Assembly (NCBI RefSeq): GCF_006345805.1
Contig: NC_042997.1
Location: 45,322,001 to 45,386,000, forward strand
DNA length: 64,000 nucleotides
Source of the DNA: Octopus sinensis
Taxonomy: Eukaryota
Direction: 5' to 3'
The position numbers and the translations under genes are program-made. Below, piece after piece: positions 1-11,673 of the stretch. Under the pieces are notes generated by a model that saw only the letters and a program-made list of their open reading frames with translations, made no database searches and was not told the DNA's origin. Numbering within the stretch: the first letter of the stretch is position 1; each line of letters begins with the position of its first letter.

Positions 1-197
1 ATGCAAATGGCACCTGTGCTGGTGACACATAAAAAGCACCCATTACACTCTTGGAGTGGTTGGTGTTGGGAAGGGTGTCCAGCCATAGAAACCATGCCGA
101 TTTAGACTGGAACCTGGTGCAGCTCTCTGGCTCACCAGTTTCAGTCAAATCATCTAACTCATGCCAGCATGGAAAGCGGATGTTAAAAGATGATGAT
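1..197 (+). mobile_element. 3' UTR/tail of an RTE-clade LINE (or RTE-dependent SINE), cut by window edge
   Basis: AAAAAGCACCC...GGAAGGGTGTCCAGCC...CATGCCAGCATGGAAAGCGGATGTTAAAAGATGATGAT. The same tail follows an RTE RT C-terminus at 49543-50320. Confidence 0.7.
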
Positions 198-547
198 ATA
201 TATATAAAAATATAGATAATAGATAAAAAAGTGTATTAACATTGTAAGTTCAAAGCAAAAGGAACCTTGTTACATAAGTTGTAACAAACACAAAACTAGT
301 TTAGCTAATCTTCAAGTCTTTGTTACCTCAATGTTGTTTACATAGGAATAATATTATTTCTAGATTAATAATTCACAAAAAAAAAAAAGAAGAAAAGATA
401 GTGAAGTGAAACAGACTTACATTACTTCAATGAGGAATACAGTTGTAATTAAATGCTAATGTAATTTTAACGACAGACATATCAGTGCAACAGAAAATTC
501 CGAGAAGATGTTGCATATGTCAACTAGACCAGAATACATAATTAGAC

Positions 548-868
548 GACGTCAGATTTCTCTACTTTCACTTCTGATACCCAAAGGCATGACAGTGCCC
601 ATTTTACTTGCATTTCAGTGGTACGTAAATAAACGGCGTAAATAAACGAAAGACGATGTAAATACACGAAGTTGACGTCTGACGTCAGATTTCTCTACTT
701 TCACTTCTGACACCCAAAGGCATGACAGTGCCCATTTTACTTGCATTTCAGTGGTACGTAAATAAACGGCGTAAATAAACGAAAGACGACGTAAATACAC
801 GAAGTTGACGTCTGACGTCAGATTTCTCTACTTTCACTTCTGACACTCAAAGGCATGACAGTGCCCAT
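548..868. repeat. 133-bp tandem repeat, about 2.4 copies
   Basis: GACGTCAGATTTCTCTACTTTCACTTCTGA starts at 548, 681 and 814 (period 133); units are near-identical. Confidence 0.95.
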
Positions 869-1819
869 AATTATATAAGACATGTAGTGGAATCATAAAA
901 ATAACGCATAAAAGCAGGGGTCTTCCAATTCAGTACAATATACTGAGATCAAGTAAGCTTTTGTCTATTTGCTCAATGTGTTGTTTTCATCCATGCTGAG
1001 TTTGCTCTAAGACACCCATGTTTTTGCTTGAAAGTCAAGAACAGTGTCAGTCAGGGAGTTTGACTGAGTTTGTGTGTCTAAGGGCTTTGCATTGAATGCG
1101 TCAAGGCACACAGCATGCACCACATCTTTCTCACCAGAGTTCCATAATTTGTTCTAACGACAACAAACTAACACCATGTACTCTTTTCCTTCTATTAAAA
1201 TGATTGCTATGTATTTTATTATAAAGCTTACACTCAACAAAATTACGAAAAAGTTTTGAGTATTTTTTAAAACTCATTTCCTGCTAAAAGTGAAGACAAG
1301 GTTTCCGAGATATTAACAGTAAATATATTTGCTTTTCAATATTTTCAAGAGATAATAGTGAATAAAAAAATATTATAACAATTTTCAGAGTAAATCAATA
1401 TTGTAACTGATATAGAAGGAAAAAAAACCTGATGACAATCATATCTATATTGATTCATTATATAGGTAGGAATACTATCGTTCAAATTAAATTATCAAAT
1501 ATCAATATTTGATCTCAGAAAATATAATTTGAGAAAAAAAAATATACAGAAAAAAAAAACACTCAGATAATGGCATGCCAAAGTGCTTTTCATTATGGAT
1601 GATACATTTTTTTAATACTGTGGTCTCAAAGGTAAGGAACTGGTTAAAAGACAATGCAGCTAGTTCAATCACAACCTACAGCAAACATTTGCATCTGAAA
1701 AGATTTTTTTCCACAAATCCTTATATTTTCCTCTGATTTGAATGATGATATATTCTACTTTAAAAAAAAAATGAGATCTTCATTTCCAAGGTTCAGGATA
1801 TATATATAATATTAACAAT

Positions 1820-1903
1820 GTGTGTATGTATGTCTGTATATACATAATATCAATAATGTGTATATATGTGTGTGTGTGTATATATATATACATATATATA
1901 TAC

Positions 1904-1960
<57 letters not shown>

Positions 1961-2037
1961 ATATATATATATACATATATATATATATACATATTATATA
2001 TATATATATCTATATACATATATATATATATACATAT

Positions 2038-2082
<45 letters not shown>

Positions 2083-2134
2083 TATACATATATATATATT
2101 ACATATATATACAAATATATATATATATAATACA

Positions 2135-2170
<36 letters not shown>

Positions 2171-2207
2171 CATATATATACAATATATATATATATCTAT
2201 ATCTATA

Positions 2208-2239
<32 letters not shown>

Positions 2240-2361
2240 CATATATATACATATATATATACATATATACTATATATACATATATACATATATATATATA
2301 TCTATATATATATATATCTATATATATATATCTATATATATATATATATATATATATACAT

Positions 2362-2418
<57 letters not shown>

Positions 2419-2451
2419 TATATATATATACATACATATATATATATATAC

Positions 2452-2482
<31 letters not shown>

Positions 2483-2580
2483 ATACATATATATATATAT
2501 ATATATACTATATATATATACATATATATACATATATATATATTATATACATACATATATATATATACATATATATATAC

Positions 2581-2613
<33 letters not shown>

Positions 2614-2643
2614 CATATATATATATACATATATATATATACA

Positions 2644-2674
<31 letters not shown>

Positions 2675-2757
2675 TATACATATATATATACATATATATA
2701 TACATATATATATATACATATATATATATTATACATATATATATATCTATATATATA

Positions 2758-2845
<88 letters not shown>
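1820..2845. repeat. About 1 kb compound (AT)n/(ATAC)n microsatellite
   Basis: Directly visible; source of the spurious YI-repeat ORFs. Confidence 0.98.
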
Positions 2846-2849
<4 letters not shown>

Positions 2850-3164
2850 AGTATAAAAGCATAAGAAAATGTGAACTTAAAGATTTTATCACATAATTAG
2901 ATTTTAGGCTTTTGCAAAAGTGAAGTTAAAGACCAAATAATAATACTTTTTAACAAATGCATAAGGTTAGCAATCAAAGACAAGAGAAACAGTTGATTAC
3001 ATTGATCCCCAATACTTAAACTCATACTTCATTTTATCAACCCTAGAATAATAGAAATAAAGTTGGCATGAAAATATAAGGGGCTGAACAAATACTGAAG
3101 AGAATTTTGTCCAAAATTCTATTTTGTCAATCTATAGTAATAATAAGTGTAGCATTGATAATAC

Positions 3165-3355
3165 AGCAGTATCGCCTTTGTGTGAGACAGTTAGACATAT
3201 AATTAGTGGAGCCTCAAAACTGACCCCCAAAATGTACAAAAAACTTTGTGACAAAGTGGCTGTGCGAATACACTTGTAGTTGTGAAGAAAGTATGGGTTA
3301 CAAGTGGTATGAGCACCAACCTATGCCAGCAGCAGAGAATGATTAGGTAAAACTA
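3165..3355 (+). mobile_element. Degenerate R4/Dong-clade non-LTR retrotransposon fragment (zinc-knuckle region upstream of the RLE endonuclease)
   Basis: Translates LCETVRHIISGASKLTPKMYKKLCDKVAVRIHL*L*RKYGL, then after a frameshift KWYEHQPMPAAEND*VKL; resembles the R4-type ETVxHIISGCxxL...HDKVA...KWYEHxP region. Confidence 0.6.
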
Positions 3356-3544
3356 ACGATTCTATCAGCTCATCATCTTTTTAATAATGGTTTCTGAGTT
3401 AGACACAAGAAGTTTGAAAGAGTGAGGCTAGTTGATACCACTGACCTTAGTGCCTGACAGGTACTCTATTTTATCAACCTCAGCAGGTTTTGAGCTCAGA
3501 ATCTAAAGAACTGGAAGAAATACTGCAAAGTATTTTTTTCAACA

Positions 3545-3722
3545 CCAAAAAGCACCCACTACACTCACGGAGTGGTTGGCATTAGGAAGGGCATCCAGCC
3601 GTAGAAACACTGCCAGATCAGACTGGGCCTGATGCAGCCTTCTGGCTTCACAGACCCCAGTTGAACCGTCCAACCCATGCTAGCATGGAAAGCGGATGCT
3701 AAATGATGATGATGATGATGAT
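3545..3722 (+). mobile_element. RTE-type 3' tail ending in (GAT)n
   Basis: GGAAGGGCATCCAGCCGTAGAAAC...CCATGCTAGCATGGAAAGCGGATGCTAAATGATGATGATG. Confidence 0.75.
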
Positions 3723-3769
3723 TCTGCCAATCCATCATCCTCAATGATAATGTTGATAATAATAATAAT

Positions 3770-3950
3770 TTCTAACGTAAGCACAAGACCAGAAATTTTG
3801 GTGGGGTTTCATACATGTAGTCAAACTCTAGTACTTGACTGGTATTTAATTTTATTGAGTTCAGAAAGATAAAAGACACAAGTTTGAGGAAATTTGAGCT
3901 CAGAAGGTAAAGGACCATAACTAAATACTGCAATATATTTTATCCAACGC
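3770..3950 (-). mobile_element. Diverged Meta-type SINE with (ATT)n tail
   Basis: GACTGGTATTTAATTTTATTGAGTTCAGAAAGATAAAAGAC...GAAATTTGAGCTCAGAA, preceded on + by (AAT)n. Confidence 0.5.
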
Positions 3951-4689
3951 AATTAAATTTGCCTAATTTCTTAAACAGACACAAAGTCAGAAACTTTTGA
4001 GGAAAAATGTTAAAGCAATTTATTCAATCTCTTCCCAACAACTTCTCATTCAGTAATATTGGCCTTTCTATTAAGCAGAGTCTCCATGCCTCTCTTTTAC
4101 TCTGAATCAGTGACAATGAGTGCTCTACTATCTTTCCATACAGGATTTTCACCAACATATGTATGAGATTTGCTAATGTTCTACAACAAGAAGATCAGAA
4201 ATATGAAATATGAACTGCTTTCCAATCCAAAACACATCTGATCCTCTTAATGTAGAACATTGACAATCCTCTTCTTGCTTCTTTCCTAAGTACATCTGAA
4301 ATCCTGTGTACCTCTGTCTACTCTATGTTATATTACAAAGTCATGTTCTATCTGATTGAAACCTTGCTCAATCTACATATCTCATATGTGGCTCACTGTT
4401 GGTGGTTTTGTAGAAATTCCTGGATGTCTTCTAAGTTATAAGCCTCTATCAATCCCTTGTCATACGTGTTGTCTAGTGTTTCTTTGAACTTATGGATGCA
4501 TCATGGATCCTTCAGCTTCTATATCTTTCTTATCCACATAATTTTTGCATCTTCGAGTCCATCAAGCACCTAACTTTTGTGCCGATATTACAAATCACTA
4601 ATTCATGTTGAGTAGTACATTAGTCACAGTGGAAACACTTAGTATACAAAGCTAGCTGCCTCTCCAGCATCCTAGAGAGTAAAAGTATA

Positions 4690-4919
4690 TCTTATTTCTT
4701 TATTGTCTACAAGGGGCTAAACATAGAGGGGACAAACAAGGACAAAGGGGTTAAGTCAATTACATTGACCCCAGTGCGTAACTGGTACTTAATTTATCGA
4801 CCCTGAAAGGATGAAAGGCAAAGTTGACCTTGGCAGAATTTGAACTCAGAACGTAACAGCAGATGAAATACCGCTAAGCATTTCGTCCAGTGGGCTATCA
4901 TTTCTGCCAACTCACCACC
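4690..4919 (-). mobile_element. Full-length tRNA-derived SINE with Meta-like central domain (group B)
   Basis: Reverse complement matches the 55596-55830 copy; central CTTTGCCTTTCATCCTTTCAGGGTCGATAAATTAAGTACCAG resembles the MetaSINE domain. Confidence 0.85.
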
Positions 4920-6238
4920 TATGAAGACTATCTGGCCTATGTGATCACATAAATGGCTCAATGATCAGATGGTTGGCCAGTTTTATGAAGGGTCAGGTTA
5001 TAGAACACGAAGAGCCTTGATCCCACTGTACACATTGTGCCATAACCACTGCCTCTCTGTACATTACAGTAGCCATCAAAGTCACTGTCATCCATTACTG
5101 AGGTAGTTTGTCAGAAGGCCTGATAGAAATTCATCTGTCAGTCCTACTTGGGGTGCACATGTAGAGATCACTGTTGCTATCCCATTGCCTGAGACAGATA
5201 TCTGTTATTAGATATGCAGTATATCTCAGCTGGTAATAATTTAATGCTTTGTACAACAGGAATCGATCCCAGAAGCTTCAGCAGCAAAACTAATGATGAT
5301 CAGCTGCTTTTCTAACACATTTGCTCTTACAAATATCTCTATCATTGTTGCATTAATCTCTCTCTCTCTCTCTCTCCCTCTCTCCCTCTCTCTCTCTCCC
5401 CATATGGATAAAAGTTGAGTGAATCTGCAGTGTAGGATTCCTCAATTGCACATGTTTTTATGTCATCTTGTTTATAATGTTCAACATTGTAGGATCAGAA
5501 CATAATGCTTTTTCCCTACGTCTCCTCTGTGTACTCTCTGTCAGCACAGGTCACACAAGGCTCACCACCCATTCACATCACGTTGTTAACAGTTATCTCA
5601 CTTGCATACATCAGAAGATAAAGGGAATTTCTATATGCTCATTCAATCTATTAGAAACTGCAGCAAAATTTTTCCCCTTACTCTGTTAGAAAAAAGAAAA
5701 AGTAAATGGCTCAATGTAGAGCATCAGACAGTAGTGTTCTGGAGATAAATAAACAAATAAAATTGGATGGGCATGACTGGAACAACACCCTTCATCACAC
5801 GTCAGTTTGATCAGAGCTAATCTGAAAGTAAACAGCATTCGATGAAGTCTTTAATGCCCAAGTACTCAGCTCATTTGTGCTCTGGCTTTCAAGCAAATTA
5901 ATGTTGCATATCCAATATACAAACATACTTTCATATCTCACATGTACAAAATATATCTTCAATATCTTGTCTCACTATCATGCAGCATCACTCACCTTAA
6001 ACATCCTTTATACTGTAGTCCTTTGCTGTTAATAATTATGATGAGAACAAACAGAAAAGTCAACTAAATCAGGCTTGTACGAGTAAATCCCAATGAAATA
6101 TTTATATGCTTATATTTATAGGACTAAAGGCAAACTGATCGAGGTTATATTTTTACAAGCTGTTTAAAGTGCTTGGCTAATGTGACTTCATAACTACAAA
6201 AACAACAATAAATAAGCATGTGTGTATCTGTGTGTATC

Positions 6239-6267
<29 letters not shown>

Positions 6268-6269
<2 letters not shown>

Positions 6270-6590
6270 TCATCTATCATCATCATTTAATGTCCGTTGT
6301 CCATGCTGGGATGGGTTGGACAGTATAACCAGAGTTGGCAAGGTGGTGGGGGTTGCACCAGACTCCAGTCTGACTTGGTGCGGATTATACAGCTGGAAGC
6401 CCTTCCTGATGCCAACCATTTTACAGAGTGTACTGGGTGCTTATATGTGGTGGTGCACAGGTGCTTTTACATGGTGATTTAACATGGTGCCACATGAGCA
6501 GTTTTACATGACGTGACAACGGCGTTTTTATGTGTAGCTGCATTGGCACTTTTACATGACACTGAATGGGTGCTTTTATGTGATGTATTT
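6268..6590 (-). mobile_element. RTE-type 3' UTR and tail
   Basis: ATCATCATCATTTAATGTCCGTTGTCCATGCTGG...GCTGGAAGCCCTTCCTGATGCCAACC plus repeated TTTTACATGG motifs. Confidence 0.7.
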
Positions 6591-6970
6591 ATATATATAT
6601 ATATAAATCTCATACATATGTTGGTAAGAATCCTATATGGAACATTGATTCTCGAAGCACATCAAATAAAGCCATAAATAACAGCATGTAAATATATGGG
6701 TTGAAAAACCCATTTGGACAGAAAATCTCAAAGGCTACACCATAGGACTTGAACCCACATCAGCAGATATGACAGGTGTTCTACCATTGGAACAAAGCAA
6801 TCCTTCAAATTTCTCTATCCATTTTAGAAACTTTATTCTTATCAGCACAAATTATGAACTGTTGATGTCATGTCTATAGGAGATGTGAGTTTGAGACTTG
6901 TGGACAACCTTCAGCTTTCTCTATCAAAAAGGGTTTTACAACTCAATGTTTACATGCTGTTATATATATT

Positions 6971-7180
6971 ACTCTTACTCTTTTACTTGTTTCAGTCATT
7001 TGACTGCGGCCATGCTGGAGCACCGCCTTTAGTCGAGCAAATCGACCCCGGGATTTATTCTTTGTAAGCCCAGTACTTATTCTATCAGTCTCTTTTGCCG
7101 AACCGCTAAGTGACGAGGACGTAAACACACACCAGCATCGGTTGTCAAGCAATGCTAGGGGGACAAACACAGACACACAA

Positions 7181-7213
<33 letters not shown>

Positions 7214-7374
7214 CATATATACGACAGGCTTCTTTCAGTTTCCGTCTACCAAATCCACTCACAAGGCATTGGTCGGCCCGGGGCTATAGCAGAAGACACT
7301 TGCCCAAGATGCCACGCAGTGGGATTGAACCTAGAACCATGTGGTTGGTTAGCAAGCTACTTACCACACAGCCA
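6971..7374 (-). mobile_element. Group A SINE (OK-like; tRNA head, central TA/TG microsatellite, GTAAAAGA tail), slightly 5' truncated
   Basis: Reverse complement of the 9960 copy. Confidence 0.9.
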
Positions 7375-7499
7375 ATATATATAGTTTTATGTGATGTACT
7401 TTGAGAAAGAATGTTGGGAAAAAAGCATTACTTCATGTTCTCTTGAAGGTTTATAAAATTCTTATGATATCAACAATATATATATTATATATACATATA

Positions 7500-7635
7500 A
7501 TGATGCTAGGAAGGGCATCAAGCTGTAGAAACTGCCAAAGCAGACACAGGAGACCAACACAGACCTTAGGTAAGTCAGTTCCTGTTGAACCATCCGACCC
7601 ACACCAGCATGGAATACAGACGTTAAATGATGATG
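7500..7635 (+). mobile_element. RTE-type 3' tail
   Basis: GGAAGGGCATCAAGCTGTAGAAAC...CCAGCATGGAATACAGACGTTAAATGATGATG. Confidence 0.65.
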
Positions 7636-7822
7636 CTCAATATAATGATTATATATCAATCTTCACTTGTTTTCAAGTAAGGCAAAATGTCTGCATGGCT
7701 CGACAGGGTTACATGAGAGACAGGAAATGAAGTATGCTGTCTGTATGGAGGTGACACTTGTTCATGATCATGTGATTTCAAATCAAGAAAACACACACAC
7801 ACACACACATGTATATATATAT

Positions 7823-8107
7823 ATCACGTGATCACGTGACCGACCAGTCCATCAGATGTAGTTACACATCGCTGGTCACAATGCGTTCGCTTTGTTTTAG
7901 CCTTCGAATGACGCCACCCCACTGGCTAAGCGAGCAGGCCAACAGAAGAAAGAGTAGTGAAAGAGTATAGCAGGGATCACCACCCCCTGCCAGAGCCTCG
8001 TGGAGCTTTTAGGTGTTTTCGCTCAATAAACACTCACAATGCCCGGTCTGGGTATCGAAACCGCGATCCTACGACCACGAGTCCGTTGCCTTAACCACTG
8101 GGCCTCC
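7823..8107 (-). mobile_element. Group C SINE (OR-like head) with alternative tail ending in (CACGTGAT)n
   Basis: About 7950-8107 matches the head of the 40917 and 52876 copies; 7823-7945 is a different tail. Confidence 0.85.
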
Positions 8108-8466
8108 ACATATATATATATATATATATATAATGAGAGGCTTCTTTCAGTTTCCAGCTACCAAATTCACTCTCAAGATGAAAGGAAAAGAATTATCTTT
8201 GTTATCATCATGTAAACAAGTTTGAATTCAATCTCATTTCTTGAACCACACTATTTTGTACAGCTTCAATTTTCTGTAGCATTAATCAGTCACAAGTCTA
8301 AAATAACTTCTGGCAAGCTAGTAAACTAATCTACCAAAAATTAACATTGCTTAGTGAAATAAACAATGAAATGCTGAGAGCGAAATACAAAGTTCACAGT
8401 CCTTCAATGTACTGAGCAACTTGTGTACAGGCTCATATGTAAACCCCAAATCTTTAATATAAGGCA

Positions 8467-8853
8467 CTCTCTTTTACTCTTTTACTTGTTTCAGTCATTT
8501 GACTGCGGCCATGCTGGAGCACTGCCTTTAGTCGAGCAAATCGACACTGGGACTTATTCTTTGTAAGCCCAGTACTTATTCTATCGGTCTCTTTTGCTGA
8601 ACCGCTAAGTGACGGGGACGTAAACACACCAGCATCGGTTGTCAAGCAATGCTAGAGGGACAAACACAGACACACAAACATATACATACACATACATACA
8701 TATATATACATATATATGACAGGCTTCTTTCAGTTTCCGTCTACCAAATCCACTCACAAGGCATTGGTCGGCCCGAGGCTATAGCAGAAGACACTGAACC
8801 CAGAACCATGTGGTTGGTAGGCAAGCTACTTACCACACAGCCACTCCTGTGCC
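8467..8853 (-). mobile_element. Group A SINE with internal deletion in the head region
   Basis: Matches group A but reads GAAGACACT|GAACCCAGAACC, lacking about 26 nt. Confidence 0.9.
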
Positions 8854-9959
8854 TGTATATATCTAGTCAATCAAATGTAGGAGATTATTTAAAACATAAA
8901 TAAATATCATTTATAATTTTCATTTTGCCTGTTTCTCCCATCTCACTGCTTCGAATACATTGACTCGGATGATTTCTAGCTACCTTCAGATACCATATTC
9001 TGTCATTTTCTTCTCCTTTAAGCATCAAACAAAGCCTTAATTTCATTCTTGCACATTATTATTGTACCTGAAGATGCTATCAAAAAATACCGAATGAAAT
9101 GGATACAAAAGAGATAATTTTATACACATACATAAATATGTGTGTGCGTGTGTGTGTGTGTGTATATATATATATACATATATGAATGCTCACATATTTA
9201 TATATAGAGAGAGAGAAAGAGAAAAAAGGAATAGAAAATGTGGATAAATATTATAGATGAATGCCAATAAATCACCTGAAATCTACTGTAGTACAATTGT
9301 AATAAATAATGACATGTAACAACTGAAAACTATAAAACTAAAAATAAACTGATACTAACTGTTTTATTCCATTTACTTTTTGCCTCGCTTGAAGAAACCT
9401 CGGTGGTTGCACAGTTCTTTATTGTTTTTTTTCCCCCCCTCTCAATGTTTACATTTGTTTTAAGACTGCTCTTGTTTTGTTGTTAACTCAGAAAAAAACA
9501 TAAAAGAAACATAAATCATGAACTGTTCAAGACTGTTAACTTTGAAAATATGGAGATAAAAGAGCATGGTATTCTTGGGCTGTTAACTCTTTGTTGTCAG
9601 CAAGATTTAAAGAAATGAGAAGAATATTAAGGGCCAAAAAAAAACCACCTCAAATGCCTCGATAACCAGCCTGGCCATCCCCAACCACACACACACACAC
9701 ACACACACAAAGTGAAATTTATTGTAAAAGTCTAAGAGTTTGTATTTGTATATATTAATATAAAGATATTCAAATATACAAATTCAAATTTTCAGATTCA
9801 TCTCAAAGATTCTGGAAAAACTTATGTGATGTCATCTAAAAGAAAATGATAACCATTAATTGAACAACGAGCGGCAGAATGAGTCAGGTAAAGAAAGAAC
9901 CTTGGAAAAGGACTGTTGGAGTAAAGAACCAAAACTAAACTACATAATATATATATTAT

Positions 9960-10404
9960 GGCGCAGGAGTGGCTGTGTGGTAAGTAGCTTGCTTACCAAC
10001 CACATGGTTCCGGGTTCAGTCCCACTGCGTGGCACCTTGGGCAAGTGTCTTCTGCTATAGCCTCGGGCCGACCAAAGCCTTGTGAGTGGATTTGGTAGAC
10101 GGAAACTGAAAGAAGCCTTTCGTATATATGTATATATATATATATATGTATGTGTGTGTATGTGTGTGTATGTGTTTGTGTGTCTGTGTTTGTCCCCCTA
10201 GCATTGCTTGACAACCGATGCTGGTGTGTTTACGTCCCCGTCACTTAGCGGTTCGGCAAAAAGAGACCGATAGAATAAGTACTGGGCTTACAAAGAATAA
10301 GTCCCGGGGTCGATCTGTTCGACTAAAGGCGGTGCTCCAGCATGGCCGCAGTCAAATGACTGAAACAAGTAAAAAAGAAGAAAAAAGAAAAAAGAAAAAA
10401 AAAA
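9960..10404 (+). mobile_element. Full-length group A SINE with A-rich tail
   Basis: GGCGCAGGAGTGGCTGTGTGGTAAG...GGTTCAGTCCC (B-box-like)...GGCGGTGCTCCAGCATGGCCGCAGTCAAATGACTGAAACAAGTAAAA. Confidence 0.92.
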
Positions 10405-11515
10405 GATATGATATATGCAAGTCAGTTGCCCAATGCCTTTATCATTCACCTATCTTTCCTCTATACAACTGATGGTTCTGTAAACTTAGAATACATGAGA
10501 AGATTTATAAACATTTCTAATAGCTGGAAGACTTTTAAAATGATAACCAGTTAGATATGGAGTCTTTGGGGAGCTTCTAATTGGTAGTTTAACATGTTAG
10601 AAATAGCAGTCAAATCTACTTCAAATACCACTTTATTATCTTGAATTAGGAAAGAATGTATTAAATTACATGGCCCTGTAGAGGAATTCTCATTGGTTTG
10701 GAATATATTAGTGGTTTGATAGGGGTGATTTATCACTTGGTGATTTGGTATCCACTTATTACTGTTGTTGGCATAATACTGTTCCATATGGAATAACTTT
10801 TTATGTTCTTTCGGCAAGACATTTATAAAATAGACTCAACACCTACATCAGGTCTATTTTTAACCATTTAGAAATAACACCAAATTTCTTATAAATTCCA
10901 CAATACTGTTTGATAACATCTGAATTTAAGATAGAATGCCATAAATGGAATGCACTTGAATATAGATATCTGATCAGGTTGACGTAAGGCTGTAGGTTAA
11001 ACAACAACTAACATACCAACTCAACAAAAATACAGAGTATGGGTTAACTTCTCAATTCTTTACCTACTTTTACTGCAGTCAACCCTTCTAGATTTTAAGC
11101 TATGTTGATACAAGTGTATAGCTCTAAATATAACTCAAAATGAAAAATCAGCAACGGAAGAGATATCAGTTCAGTAGATTAAGAGATAAAGAAAATAAAT
11201 AAAATAATTCTCATTTTAATTCTTAATCTAGAAACATTAATCTAAAACAGAATACAAAGACTTGGTAAATCTTCTGTGCTTGAAACTTTAATTCTTCTTG
11301 ATCTTGATGCTAGATATTTTCCAGGTATAAAGTTAGAGATAGAAAATGAATAAACTGAACCTTTGGAGAAGTTAAAGTAACGTGGCCATTTATGTGTAGA
11401 AGAGCCAACTATCATCTGTGAATGGATATGGTTAGGTAACATGTACCATGTTTTTGCAAAATGTTTTAGTGTCTTCTGAGCAAACATGAGACATCCTCTT
11501 GATGCAGTAGCACAT

Positions 11516-11673
11516 CTACTCGCAATACCAGAGGGCGCACACTCTCCTACCCTGATGTAATCTCCAGGGATACAGGCATCCAGCAACAGGACCTCCGTAA
11601 TGCCATGATGGACCGTGAAGTCTGGCGTAGCATGGTAAATTCCATTGTCTCGACCACGGTTGAACAATGATGA
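11516..11673 (+). mobile_element. 5'-truncated RTE-clade LINE 3' end (158 bp) with 16-bp target-site duplication
   Basis: Encodes RNTRGRTLSYPDVISRDTGIQQQDLRNAMMDREVWRSMVNSIVSTTVEQ* followed by (TGA)n; TGATGCAGTAGCACAT at 11500-11515 and 11674-11689. Confidence 0.85.

Noticed and set aside
548-868. Regularly spaced repeats suggestive of a CRISPR array
   Set aside because: Whole 133-bp units are repeated with no unique spacers, and the context is eukaryotic.
1780-2892. Long YI/IY-repeat ORFs (also at 22865-23257, 25460-26013, 33469-34013, 35406-35654)
   Set aside because: Translations of (AT)n/(AC)n microsatellites, which lack stop codons.
4150-4560. Minus-strand stretch with LINE ORF2 linker-like residues
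   Set aside because: Too many stops and no diagnostic motif to assign a family.
10551-10817. 88-aa minus-strand ORF of non-repetitive composition
   Set aside because: TTG start, upstream in-frame stop, no good acceptor and no recognisable motif.
11242-11667. 141-aa minus-strand ORF
   Set aside because: Its first half is antisense to the RTE insertion; chimeric by chance.
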